Shown: piece after piece, positions 19,068-28,068 of the stretch | Layout of the letters: every line of letters starts with the position of its first letter | Position numbering within the stretch: position 1 is the first letter of the stretch | NCBI GenBank assembly: GCA_027324805.1 | Contig: DAHVRZ010000001.1 | Location: forward strand, 136,254-200,253 | Length of the DNA stretch: 64,000 nt | Reading direction: 5' to 3' | DNA from: Candidatus Parcubacteria bacterium | GTDB lineage: Bacteria; Patescibacteriota; Minisyncoccia; UBA6257; 2-01-FULL-56-20 | Made by a program: the position numbers and the translations under genes | Notes under the pieces: model-generated | The model's database searches: none | The model's input: only the letters and a program-made list of their open reading frames with translations | Told to the model about the DNA's origin: nothing

Positions 19068-20351
19068 ATGACATATCCAAAGGCTTGGCTTGGCGGACTC
19101 GCGATCATCGCAGGCATCGGTTTTTTGGGTTTTGTTCCCGGAAACTTCGCCGCCGCTCAATCGGTGTCGCCGCTTGCGCCCTCGGGTGTTTCAGTATCCC
19201 TCACGCCTCCATTTTCGGTTGCAATCTCGTGGTCTGCGCCGGTGGCCAGCACAACGCCGATTACCGGATATTACGTCTATCGAAACGGCGCCACGGTGGC
19301 GAATGTCGCCGGGACTTCCTTTAACGACACCGTGCCTTCCGCAGGTTTTTATTCTTATGCGATTGCCGCACATGATGCGAACGGCAATGCTTTTTCGCGA
19401 TCCGCATCCGTTTCGGTCTCGGTGGTCGCCGACACCACTCCGCCTACGGCACCGACAGGCTTAACAGTTTCTTCCCTTACGTCATCATCCATTGCGCTTT
19501 CATGGAACGCCGCAACCGATAATGTCGGTGTCGTGGGTTATAATGTGGTTCGCAGAAATAATCTGGGCGCCGCGGTCACGATACCCGTCACGGCGACGAG
19601 CTATACGGACAGCGGTCTTTCGCCGAATACTGCATATTCCTATCACGTTGTTGCCTATGACGCCGCCGGAAATGATTCGGGGGCTTCAAATGTGATCACC
19701 GTGACCACCCTGCCGCTTTCATTTGTCGTCTCGACGCCGTACAATCTTACGGCAACCGCGGTTTCGACGAGCGGGATCAATGTTTCATGGAATGCATCCA
19801 TGGATGTTTCGGGGACCCCGGAATATTATCTTTTCCGCAATGGGGCACTTGTCGTAACGACGACCGCGACATCGTACAATGACGGCGGCCTCAATCCCGG
19901 AACGGTGTATTGGTACTATGCAATCGCGGTCGACCCATCATCTCAGAATAGTTCCGGGGAAAGCAATATGTCTCAGACGAGCACCTTGCCATTGCCTGTA
20001 GCCATCATTTCTTCTGCCGTCACCGCCACAACCACTACTTCGGTCGCTACATCGTCTCCTGTTGTCACTGCCCCTTCCTCGGTATCGACTGCGCCCGCCG
20101 TTCCTGCGGCGGCGCTTTCCGCGACCCTTTTCTACGGCATCAAGAATGCTCAAGTGACCGCCCTACAGGCAATGCTCATACAAAAAGGATTTTTGGGCTC
20201 CCAGTATGCGACCGGATTCTTCGGTTTGCTTACGGAAAAGGCTGTCCGTGATTTTCAGTGCGCGCAAAGTATCGTCTGTTCCGGTACTCCTGCGACCACC
20301 GGTTGGGGGGTCGTCGGTCCGAAGACACGCAAGGCTCTTGCGGCAGGATAA
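19068..20351 (+). CDS. Secreted fibronectin type III repeat protein with C-terminal PG-binding domain
   Basis: Three FN3 repeats (DTTPPTAPTGL...WNAATDNVGVVGY...YDAAGN), C-terminal QVTALQAML...GFFGLLTEKAVRDFQ. Confidence 0.85.
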   Translation: MTYPKAWLGGLAIIAGIGFLGFVPGNFAAAQSVSPLAPSGVSVSLTPPFSVAISWSAPVASTTPITGYYVYRNGATVANVAGTSFNDTVPSAGFYSYAIAAHDANGNAFSRSASVSVSVVADTTPPTAPTGLTVSSLTSSSIALSWNAATDNVGVVGYNVVRRNNLGAAVTIPVTATSYTDSGLSPNTAYSYHVVAYDAAGNDSGASNVITVTTLPLSFVVSTPYNLTATAVSTSGINVSWNASMDVSGTPEYYLFRNGALVVTTTATSYNDGGLNPGTVYWYYAIAVDPSSQNSSGESNMSQTSTLPLPVAIISSAVTATTTTSVATSSPVVTAPSSVSTAPAVPAAALSATLFYGIKNAQVTALQAMLIQKGFLGSQYATGFFGLLTEKAVRDFQCAQSIVCSGTPATTGWGVVGPKTRKALAAG

Positions 20352-20492
20352 CGGCGAATAGGGAGGATCTTTTGGTCCGCGAAGAACCCCATTCTCCGCT
20401 TGTATTTGATTTTCCTATGTTTTTGCTATAATGGAATGGCATAGCACTTCGCAAAGGTCGGAAAAATCAGCGTTTTTAAGCGATATACTTTT

Positions 20493-20768
20493 ATGAACAA
20501 GAAAGGATTGGTGGAGGCCGTCATGAAGGCGACCGGCATGGAGACCAAGGCCGCTGCAGAGCGTGCCGTGGAAGCCGTGTTCGACACCATTGTAAAAACC
20601 ATGAGTCGCGGCGAAGAGGTCGCGATCGCGGGTTTCGGCACGTTCCGTGTTGCGAAGCGCGCGGCGCGCGAGGGCCGCAACCCCAAGACCGGCGAGAAGA
20701 TCCAGATCAAGGCTTCGGTCAAGCCGAAGTTCCGCGCCGGCAAGCTCCTCAAGGAGGCCGTTCTCTAG
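20493..20768 (+). CDS. hup: HU family DNA-binding protein
   Basis: MNKKGLVEAV, GFGTF, REGRNPKTGEKIQI, KFRAGKLLKEAV. Confidence 0.96.
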   Translation: MNKKGLVEAVMKATGMETKAAAERAVEAVFDTIVKTMSRGEEVAIAGFGTFRVAKRAAREGRNPKTGEKIQIKASVKPKFRAGKLLKEAVL

Positions 20769-20826
20769 TTCCTGTGTTGTATTTCTAGGATCGTGCGATG
20801 CTGTGAGGGCATCGCGCCGTCCGCGT

Positions 20827-20852
20827 AAAGCCCGCCTGCAAGGCGGGTTTTT
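20827..20852 (+). terminator. Intrinsic terminator after HU
   Basis: GCCCGCCT-GCA-AGGCGGGT followed by T tract. Confidence 0.8.
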
Positions 20853-20881
20853 GCGTTTTTTGGATGTGCTATAATCGATGT

Positions 20882-21349
20882 ATGGCGAAGTTCGAATTGG
20901 AATGGGAGGCACCGGAGTTCGAGTTCCGCGAAAAGAGCATTTCGTGGTATTGGATATCGATCATTCTCGCCGCATTTCTCATTGCGTTTGCGGTCTGGCA
21001 AAAAGACTTCCTTTTCGGGTTCTTTATTGTTGTCGCCGAAATGCTTGTCATCATCTGGGGCGATCGCGAGCCGCGCACTCTCTCGTTCCTTCTTTCGGAC
21101 GAGCACCTGCGGATCGGCGAACGGAAGTTCCATCTTATCCGCGAATTCACGAGCTGGTCCACCGACCGTAACGATGAAGATTGGGCCGACATCCATTTTT
21201 ATTTCAATTCCCGCTGGCGCGCTCCGCTCCGCATGATCGTTCCGCACGTTCGCATCGAGGAAGTACGCAAGAATCTCGCACCCGTGCTCAAGGAAGTTCA
21301 GCACGACATGACACTCGTGGATGCCATTGAAAAACTCATTGGTTTCTAG
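20882..21349 (+). CDS. Conserved hypothetical membrane protein (2 TM plus small cytoplasmic domain)
   Basis: WEAPEF..EKS..WYW pattern, two TM helices, own -10 box. Confidence 0.75.
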   Translation: MAKFELEWEAPEFEFREKSISWYWISIILAAFLIAFAVWQKDFLFGFFIVVAEMLVIIWGDREPRTLSFLLSDEHLRIGERKFHLIREFTSWSTDRNDEDWADIHFYFNSRWRAPLRMIVPHVRIEEVRKNLAPVLKEVQHDMTLVDAIEKLIGF

Positions 21350-21399
21350 TATTGTATGACGGTGCGCGGGCGCTCATCGGGAGGCTGCGCGGACGGCGC

Positions 21400-21471
21400 G
21401 CCCTCGTCGTTCAACGGATAGGACGCAAGATTGCGGATCTTGCAATTGAGGTTCGATTCCTCACGAGGGCA
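21400..21471 (+). tRNA. tRNA-Arg(GCG)
   Basis: Acceptor GCCCTCG/CGAGGGC, anticodon arm CAAGA-TTGCGGA-TCTTG, T arm TGAGG-TTCGATT-CCTCA. Confidence 0.93.
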
Positions 21472-21477
21472 CCGAGA

Positions 21478-21509
21478 GCAAAAACACGCGGGAAGCCGCG
21501 TGTTTTTGC
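21478..21509. terminator. Bidirectional terminator
   Basis: GCAAAAACACGCGG-GAAG-CCGCGTGTTTTTGC between convergent genes. Confidence 0.8.
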
Positions 21510-21600
21510 TGTTTAATAAAAAGAACGGATTAAAAGAAAGCACAAACAAAAATCCCCTTCCAAAAAACGGAGGGGGATGGCGATAGAAACGCGGCCGGCG

Positions 21601-22173
21601 TCAGAGCGATGTCCGTGCCGCGCATGGTGCGGAATGCCGCGCTGTCCATGAGGCGGCCGCGGTCAACCCGAAGAATATTCCTGCGCCTGCAAGGTTTCCC
21701 GCGAGCGCGTTGCGGAAAAACGGGATTCCCGCCGCCATGCATGCGATGAATCCCTGCACGGTCTTCGGATACCAGCCGGCGAACGTCCATACGGCCGCAT
21801 TCGTGATGAGATAGAATGCGACGGATCCGAGTATGGTTCCGTCCGCGATGGCCGTAAGCCGTCCCTTGTTTCCGTCGGCACCCTTCGCATACCGTGCGAT
21901 GGCAACGCCGATGAGGATGAAGAGGAATGTTGATGCGTATACCGCGAGCATCGTGGCGAGATCGTAGCGGCCGTGAGCGATATCCATTAGATCGAGGGGA
22001 AGCATCGCTCCCAGGACGACCGCTGCTGTTCCGGGGTTTGTGCAGTAGACGCCCGCCCAGAGCGCGAGCGCCCCGATGGGAGCTGCGCCGGGGGGAAGGA
22101 TGTGGAAAATGCGGAGTGCGGCGACGAGAATAGTCAAACAAACGGCGATCAGGAAGAGCCGGTTACGTGTCAT
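21601..22173 (-). CDS. DUF6580-like putative transport protein (ECF S-component-like)
   Basis: APIGALALWAG, FYLITNAAVW...YPKT..G..AC...GIPFFRN pattern; promoter TTTACA-17-TATACT and AAGGAG SD. Confidence 0.75.
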   Translation of the reverse strand: MTRNRLFLIAVCLTILVAALRIFHILPPGAAPIGALALWAGVYCTNPGTAAVVLGAMLPLDLMDIAHGRYDLATMLAVYASTFLFILIGVAIARYAKGADGNKGRLTAIADGTILGSVAFYLITNAAVWTFAGWYPKTVQGFIACMAAGIPFFRNALAGNLAGAGIFFGLTAAASWTARHSAPCAARTSL

Positions 22174-22247
22174 GCGGAGTGCTCCTTATGGGAAAAAACT
22201 GGCTACAGTATATGCCGTTTCGAGAGCACTGTAAAACTGCAAAATTG

Positions 22248-22319
22248 TGGGCGGCATAGGAATCGAACCTATGACCTCTGTCTTATCAGGACAGCGTTCT
22301 ACCACTGAACTAGCCGCCC
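22248..22319 (-). tRNA. tRNA-Ile(GAT)
   Basis: Acceptor GGGCGGC/GCCGCCC, CTGTC-CTGATAA-GACAG, ATAGG-TTCGATT-CCTAT. Confidence 0.95.
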
Positions 22320-22347
22320 AAGTGCCGCACCCGCGCACGGCGACCGG

Positions 22348-22419
22348 TGCGTCCTGGAGGGATCGGACCTCCGGCCTTCACAATGTCAATGTGACGCTCT
22401 ACCACTGAGCTAAGGACGC
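22348..22419 (-). tRNA. tRNA-Val(GAC)
   Basis: Acceptor GCGTCCT/AGGACGC, TCACA-TTGACAT-TGTGA, T arm GGAGG-TCCGATC-CCTCC (C at position 55). Confidence 0.92.
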
Positions 22420-22517
22420 GCATTCACGGCCTATTGACCTATGTCATGATAAGGAATTTTGGGAATTTTGCAACCTCCCAGCCGATCTTTTTTGAATCAT
22501 TTATAATGATGTCATCC

Positions 22518-23294
22518 ATGGATGAACCGAAGATCATTTTTGAAAGCCGTGATTTTGTGGCGGTCGTGAAGCCCGCGGGGCTTTTGGTGCATCGCGTGCG
22601 CGTGAGCGCCGCCAAGATGCGCTCCGGCAGGATGGACGAGGCGAGGCGCACGGAAGCGACGCTTGCGGACCTGCTCGTTGCCCGCTATCCGGAGATGGCG
22701 CGCGTGGGAGACGATCCGGAATACCGGCCGGGCATCGTACACCGGCTCGATAAGGAGACATCGGGCGTGATGGTCGCTGTGCGTACGCAGGAGGCGTTCG
22801 AGCGGTTGAAGGCGCTGTTCCGGTCGCACGCAATGAAGAAAACCTACCTTGCGCTTGTCGTCGGCGTTCCGGACCCCGCAAAAGGGACGATCGATCGTCC
22901 GATCGGGATACGGAACGGGACGCTCAAACGGAGCGTCCATGTGAAGCAGATGGCGAAAGAGGCGGTGACGGATTACGAAGTGAGGGAAAAATCCGGCATT
23001 CCGAATGCCGGACCGGAGGAGGAGGACGGGTATGCGCTCGTCGAAGCGCGACCCAGGACGGGGCGGACGCATCAGATCCGCGTCCATCTTGCAAGCATCG
23101 GCCATCCGATCGTCGGTGATCGGCTGTACGGGGGGAAGCGCGCGGTGGAGCCCGGCGCCTTCGGGAACGCGCCGCGGCTCATGCTCCACGCGGCGTCGCT
23201 CGAGTGGGATGACGGTGCGGGGAACGGATTCGCATTCGAGGCACCCCCGCCGGATGATTTCAATCAAGTTATCCACAGCGTTTTTCATGGGTAA
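22518..23294 (+). CDS. RluA/RluD family pseudouridine synthase
   Basis: KPAGLLVH, GIVHRLDKETSG, TGRTHQIRVHL, GDRLYG; start uncertain (22506-22518). Confidence 0.92.
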   Translation: MDEPKIIFESRDFVAVVKPAGLLVHRVRVSAAKMRSGRMDEARRTEATLADLLVARYPEMARVGDDPEYRPGIVHRLDKETSGVMVAVRTQEAFERLKALFRSHAMKKTYLALVVGVPDPAKGTIDRPIGIRNGTLKRSVHVKQMAKEAVTDYEVREKSGIPNAGPEEEDGYALVEARPRTGRTHQIRVHLASIGHPIVGDRLYGGKRAVEPGAFGNAPRLMLHAASLEWDDGAGNGFAFEAPPPDDFNQVIHSVFHG

Positions 23295-23364
23295 AATGAC
23301 GGTATGGTAAGATTAAAGCACGTTAAAGGTCGGTTTTTCCCTAAAATTTTGCGCGCAAATAAAA

Positions 23365-24009
23365 ATGAAGAACAATAAGAACAGGAAAGGTTTTACGCTC
23401 ATCGAACTTCTCGTCGTTATCGCCATCATCGCGATCCTTGCGGTCGTCGTGGTGCTCACGCTGAACCCCGCACAGCTTCTCGCCCAATCGCGCGACTCGA
23501 ACCGGGTTTCCGACTTTGCGACACTTAAGAGCTCCATTGCACTCTATCAGGTGGACGTTTCGACCACGTGGATGGGCGCGCCTAATGTTGCTTATGTCGC
23601 CAATGCATATGCTCCGACCAGTACGACGGGAATGAACAGCACTACTACTGCATCAGGGTGGGGAGTCTCAACGACCATTAACAGTTTCGCTACGAGCACG
23701 TCTCGCGGAGTCTATGGAACCAGCACGTCGGGAGGCGGTTGGCTGCCGATCAACTTCGGCGTCATCAGCTCCGGATCCCCGTTCGGCTCCATGCCGATCG
23801 ATCCGTTGGGCAATACCTCGGCCAACACGAGCTGTCAGGGTGGCGCTGCCGAATGCGCCTACGTCTATGTGACGAACGGAACGCAGTATAAGCTCATGTC
23901 CAAGATGGAGAGCTCCAAGTACATGAACGGCGGTTCCGGCGACGTTGAGACCGGTGACGGCGGTAACAGCACGACCACATTCGAACAGGGGACGCTTGTC
24001 ACTCTCTAA
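23365..24009 (+). CDS. Type IV pilin (probable major pilin)
   Basis: Class III signal KG|FTLIELLVVIAIIAILA, RDSNRVSD, S/T-rich head, followed by its own terminator. Confidence 0.9.
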   Translation: MKNNKNRKGFTLIELLVVIAIIAILAVVVVLTLNPAQLLAQSRDSNRVSDFATLKSSIALYQVDVSTTWMGAPNVAYVANAYAPTSTTGMNSTTTASGWGVSTTINSFATSTSRGVYGTSTSGGGWLPINFGVISSGSPFGSMPIDPLGNTSANTSCQGGAAECAYVYVTNGTQYKLMSKMESSKYMNGGSGDVETGDGGNSTTTFEQGTLVTL

Positions 24010-24030
24010 AAGATCCTGCGTTGTCTCTTT

Positions 24031-24060
24031 CATAAAACCCCGGGTGTCCGGGGTTTTATG
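24031..24060 (+). terminator. Intrinsic terminator after pilin
   Basis: CATAAAACCCCGG-GTGT-CCGGGGTTTTATG followed by T tract. Confidence 0.85.
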
Positions 24061-24095
24061 TTTTTTACGGGCAATTTCCTATATAATGGAATGGT

Positions 24096-25814
24096 ATGGC
24101 GCTTCCTATCCCCATAGACCAACTGAAGCAGCTTCTCATCGGCGATGGCGTGATTGATCTCGACCGGTTCAATGAGATCGCCGCGGAGGCGGCGCGCAAG
24201 AACCAGGACCTCCTCGATGTCCTCGTCGCCGAACGGATCGTCGATCCCGATTATCTCGATAATATCATAGCGAAGGCGCTCGGCGTCGCCCGGGTGAACT
24301 TTGCGACGAGCAATATCGATCGCGAGGTCGTAAAGTCGCTTCCGGAGGATGTCGCGCGTTCGCGGCAGGTGATTCTTTTTGCACGCGAGCCGGACGGCAC
24401 CTTCGATGCGGCAATGACGGACCCGTCCGACCTTGCCACGCGTGAGTTCCTCGAAGAGCGTCTCAAAGCGAAGATCAAACCGTTTTTCGCCACGCATGAG
24501 GATCTGAACCGCGGATTCTCGGTATACGGCTATGAGCTCGGCCAGGATTTCAAGAAACTCATTGACGACAACATCCGACAGTCGCTTCTTGCGGGGGCGC
24601 AGGATGCGAAGACCGCCGCGGACGACCTTCCGATCATCGCGATCGTTGATAACGTCCTTTCCTACGCGCTTGCGTCGCGCGCATCCGACGTGCATATCGA
24701 GATCCTCGATGATGCGACCTATATCCGCTATCGCATCGACGGCATCCTTTACGAGATCATGAGCATTCCCAAGGATATCCATTCGGCCATCGTCGCGCGC
24801 ATCAAACTTCTTGCAGGACTCAAGCTTGACGAGCATTATGCGCCGCAGGACGGCCGCTTCCGCTACGAGCTTGGCACGCAGTCCATCGATGTCCGCGTAT
24901 CCGTGATGCCGACGTTCTATGGCGAGAAGGTGGAGATGCGCCTCCTCGAATCATCCGAGAAGCCGCTTTCGCTCGAGGAGCTCGGCCTTTCGTCCGAGGA
25001 CGATGCGATCGTAACGGAGAATCTCAAGAAGGCGTACGGCATGATCATCTCCTCCGGTCCTACGGGATCCGGTAAGACGACGACGCTCTATGCGCTCATG
25101 AACATCCTGAACAAGCCGCAGGTCAACGTGACGACGATCGAGGACCCGATCGAATACAACATGCGCTACGTGAATCAGACGCAGATCAACCCGCAGGCGG
25201 GGATCACGTTCGCCTCCGGCCTCCGCGCGCTTCTCCGCCAGGATCCGAACATCATCATGGTCGGTGAGATCCGCGACGCCGAGACGGCCGACATCTCCGT
25301 GCAGGCCGCGCTTACGGGCCACCTGCTCCTTTCTTCGCTCCACACGAACGATGCGCCGTCGGCGGTGCCGCGCCTTTTCGACCTCGGCGTGCCGCCGTTC
25401 CTCGTGAGCTCGGTGCTCAACATGATCGTCGCCCAGCGTCTCGTGCGCCGGATCTGCCAGACCTGCATCTATTCCTACGACGCCGACGACGGTGCCATAG
25501 CGACGATGACGGAGCAGTTGAGGCGCACGGCTGCCGGCGGGACGCCGAAGGTGAGTCCTCCGACGGTGCTCTATCGCGGCAAAGGATGCACGTCATGCGG
25601 CGGCACGGGATATCGCGGACGCATCGGCATTTTCGAAATCATGCAGATCGAAGAGAAGATCAAAGAGATCATCACGAAGCCCGAATTCAACCTCGAGGAG
25701 CTCCGCGCCCAGGCGAGCGCGAACGGCATGGCCACGATGTTCGAGGACGGTCTCCGCAAGATCCAGCTTGCGCAAACGACGCTCGAAGAAGTGCTCCGCG
25801 TGATCCGCGAGTAG
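24096..25814 (+). CDS. pilB: GspE/PilB pilus assembly ATPase
   Basis: ASDVHIE, PQDGR, GPTGSGKTTTLY, LRQDPNIIMVGEIRD, zinc-binding Cys, GYRGRIGIFE. Confidence 0.92.
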   Translation: MALPIPIDQLKQLLIGDGVIDLDRFNEIAAEAARKNQDLLDVLVAERIVDPDYLDNIIAKALGVARVNFATSNIDREVVKSLPEDVARSRQVILFAREPDGTFDAAMTDPSDLATREFLEERLKAKIKPFFATHEDLNRGFSVYGYELGQDFKKLIDDNIRQSLLAGAQDAKTAADDLPIIAIVDNVLSYALASRASDVHIEILDDATYIRYRIDGILYEIMSIPKDIHSAIVARIKLLAGLKLDEHYAPQDGRFRYELGTQSIDVRVSVMPTFYGEKVEMRLLESSEKPLSLEELGLSSEDDAIVTENLKKAYGMIISSGPTGSGKTTTLYALMNILNKPQVNVTTIEDPIEYNMRYVNQTQINPQAGITFASGLRALLRQDPNIIMVGEIRDAETADISVQAALTGHLLLSSLHTNDAPSAVPRLFDLGVPPFLVSSVLNMIVAQRLVRRICQTCIYSYDADDGAIATMTEQLRRTAAGGTPKVSPPTVLYRGKGCTSCGGTGYRGRIGIFEIMQIEEKIKEIITKPEFNLEELRAQASANGMATMFEDGLRKIQLAQTTLEEVLRVIRE

Positions 25815-25839
25815 CGTTCGCGTGTGGTATCATTGATAT

Positions 25840-27045
25840 ATGCTGTTCCATTACGTTGCGGCCGACGAGACCGGTCAAATGACCGAAGGGAATCTTGAGG
25901 GGAACGACCTTCAGGATGCCCTCCATTGGCTCGCGGGGAGGGAACTCCGTCCGATATCGGTAAAGCCCGTCGAAGAGAAAAAGAAGGGCATATCGTTCGG
26001 CGGCGGGCGGATCACGACGTCCGACAAGGTGTTCCTCACGAAATACCTCGCGCTCATGCTCCGCGTGGGCACCGACCTCATGTCCGCCATCAACATCCTT
26101 ATCGAGGATTTCGATAAGCCGGCGGTGCGTACGTTCCTTCTCGAGGTTCGCGAGAACCTGAGCAAGGGGAGGCCTTTCTATGAGACGTTTGCGGCTTATC
26201 CGAAGACCTTCTCGCCGACATTTGTGAGTCTGGTGCGCGCCGCCGAGAAATCCGGCAAGCTCCAGAAGACGTTCGAGGACCTTTCCGCGTCGCTTGAAAA
26301 AGACGCGGAATTGCAGAGTCACGTCCGTTCGGCGCTCATTTATCCGGCGGTGCTCGTCGTGATCGCCTCCGCCATTCTTACATTCCTCGTGACTTACGCC
26401 TTGCCGAAAGTCGCCGGCGTATTCACCTCGAGCGGCATCCAGCCGCCTACGTTCTCAAGGATCGTTTTCGGCGTCGGACTTTTCATCGGCGGCAACATTT
26501 TGATCATTGCGCCGACGATAATCGTGGTCGGCGCAGCGCTTGTGTGGTTCGTGTGGAAGACGGAGCGGGGGCGGCGGCTGTTCGATGAAACGATGACGCG
26601 CACGCCGTTCATCAAGACCATCTACGAGGAACTTGCGATGCAGCGCATGGCTTCCACCATGAGCTCCCTTCTTTCCGCCGGCCTTCCGATCAATGAGGCA
26701 ATCACGATCGCCGCCGATACGGTCGGGGTGAAGAGCTATCGTGACGCGCTCATGCGTGTTTCGGTCGAAGGACTCGAGAAAGGGCTTACGATCGGCGATG
26801 CGTTCAAGCGCGAGACGGTATTCCCGAAAGTGGTGACGAATCTGGTCGCTATTTCCGAACGGGCAGGACACCTTGAGGAGGTGCTTGATACGCTTGCACA
26901 GTTTTATGCGGCGAATGTTGATTCGAACATCACGGCCCTTGTCTCCCTCCTCGAGCCGGTGATGCTGCTCGCTATGGGCGTGATGGTGGCCGTTATCGCG
27001 CTTTCCATCATTGTTCCGATCTACCAGCTTACGACGTCGTTCTAG
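25840..27045 (+). CDS. pilC: GspF/PilC pilus platform protein
   Basis: Two T2SSF domains, AEKSGKL, SALIYP, LLEP..L. Confidence 0.9.
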   Translation: MLFHYVAADETGQMTEGNLEGNDLQDALHWLAGRELRPISVKPVEEKKKGISFGGGRITTSDKVFLTKYLALMLRVGTDLMSAINILIEDFDKPAVRTFLLEVRENLSKGRPFYETFAAYPKTFSPTFVSLVRAAEKSGKLQKTFEDLSASLEKDAELQSHVRSALIYPAVLVVIASAILTFLVTYALPKVAGVFTSSGIQPPTFSRIVFGVGLFIGGNILIIAPTIIVVGAALVWFVWKTERGRRLFDETMTRTPFIKTIYEELAMQRMASTMSSLLSAGLPINEAITIAADTVGVKSYRDALMRVSVEGLEKGLTIGDAFKRETVFPKVVTNLVAISERAGHLEEVLDTLAQFYAANVDSNITALVSLLEPVMLLAMGVMVAVIALSIIVPIYQLTTSF

Positions 27046-27060
27046 TATTTATAAAAATCC

Positions 27061-27618
27061 ATGAAACGTTCAGGGTTCACCTTGGCGGAGATGCTTGTCG
27101 TCGTCGGGATCGTGATGGTGCTGGGCGTCATTCTCATGCTCAGTTCGCCGGGCAAACGGGCGTCCGTGGGGGCGGTGTCGGCAACCCAGCAGATTGCCAC
27201 CCTTCTCCGCGAAGCGCAGAGCAGGACGCTCACGGGCGATCTGAACGGCCAAACGGCGAGCGGATTCTGGGGCGTGGAAATCGTGAATGCCACGAATACA
27301 ACCCCGTTTTATTCGCTGTTCTTTGCAACCTCCACAGCGAATGTCGCGTCATCGTCCGTGACGGCCGTGAACGGCAGAAATCCTCTCCCGTCCTTCGTCG
27401 TTTTTGCCACCTCTTCGGTGCCCGCCGGCGGAACGCTTTACGTTTATTATTCCTCGGGGACGTTCCCGCCCGGACAGGCGATAGGGGCCTATGGGGTGTG
27501 CGCCGGGTTTACGTGTCCCTCGACCACCACGATCACTCTCAGCCTCTACGAATTTCGCAGCATCCCACCCGTTTCGACCACGATCACCATTGCACCCACG
27601 GGAGGGGTAAACTATTGA
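27061..27618 (+). CDS. Minor pilin (FimT/GspH-like)
   Basis: G|FTLAEMLVVVGI prepilin motif; LREAQSRT. Confidence 0.82.
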   Translation: MKRSGFTLAEMLVVVGIVMVLGVILMLSSPGKRASVGAVSATQQIATLLREAQSRTLTGDLNGQTASGFWGVEIVNATNTTPFYSLFFATSTANVASSSVTAVNGRNPLPSFVVFATSSVPAGGTLYVYYSSGTFPPGQAIGAYGVCAGFTCPSTTTITLSLYEFRSIPPVSTTITIAPTGGVNY

Positions 27619-27620
27619 TC

Positions 27621-28043
27621 ATGCAACGCAATAACATGACCATCGACCAACGCGACAGAGGCGGACAGATGTTCGTCGGTATGGTACTTCTTATAGGATC
27701 GGTCATAGCGATCATCACTCTTTTTCTGCTTTTCATCTCGGGATCGCTCATTGACACGGGCTACGGCATCAAGTACAACGCCGCCGCGCAGGCTGCAGCC
27801 ACTGCAGGCGCCGAGGACGCCCTCCTCAGGATCGACAGGAACTCTCTTACTTCCTTGCCCGCTTCGTATTCCGTCCCGGTGAACGGCGCGACGGCGCAGG
27901 TGAGCGTGGGAGGCGTCATTCCCGGGTCCGTGACGGTGACCTCGACCGCCACCGTCATGAATCACACGAAGGTCGTCCGTCTCGTCGTATCCATCGGGGC
28001 CGATACGCAGGTGAGCGTGGTTTCATGGACGGAGGTGCAGTGA
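27621..28043 (+). CDS. PilX-like minor pilin
   Basis: RGGQMFV hydrophobic helix, AQAAATAGAEDALLR, terminal SWTEVQ. Confidence 0.7.
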   Translation: MQRNNMTIDQRDRGGQMFVGMVLLIGSVIAIITLFLLFISGSLIDTGYGIKYNAAAQAAATAGAEDALLRIDRNSLTSLPASYSVPVNGATAQVSVGGVIPGSVTVTSTATVMNHTKVVRLVVSIGADTQVSVVSWTEVQ

Positions 28044-28068
28044 CCTTTAATTTGGTAGAATATTCTTA

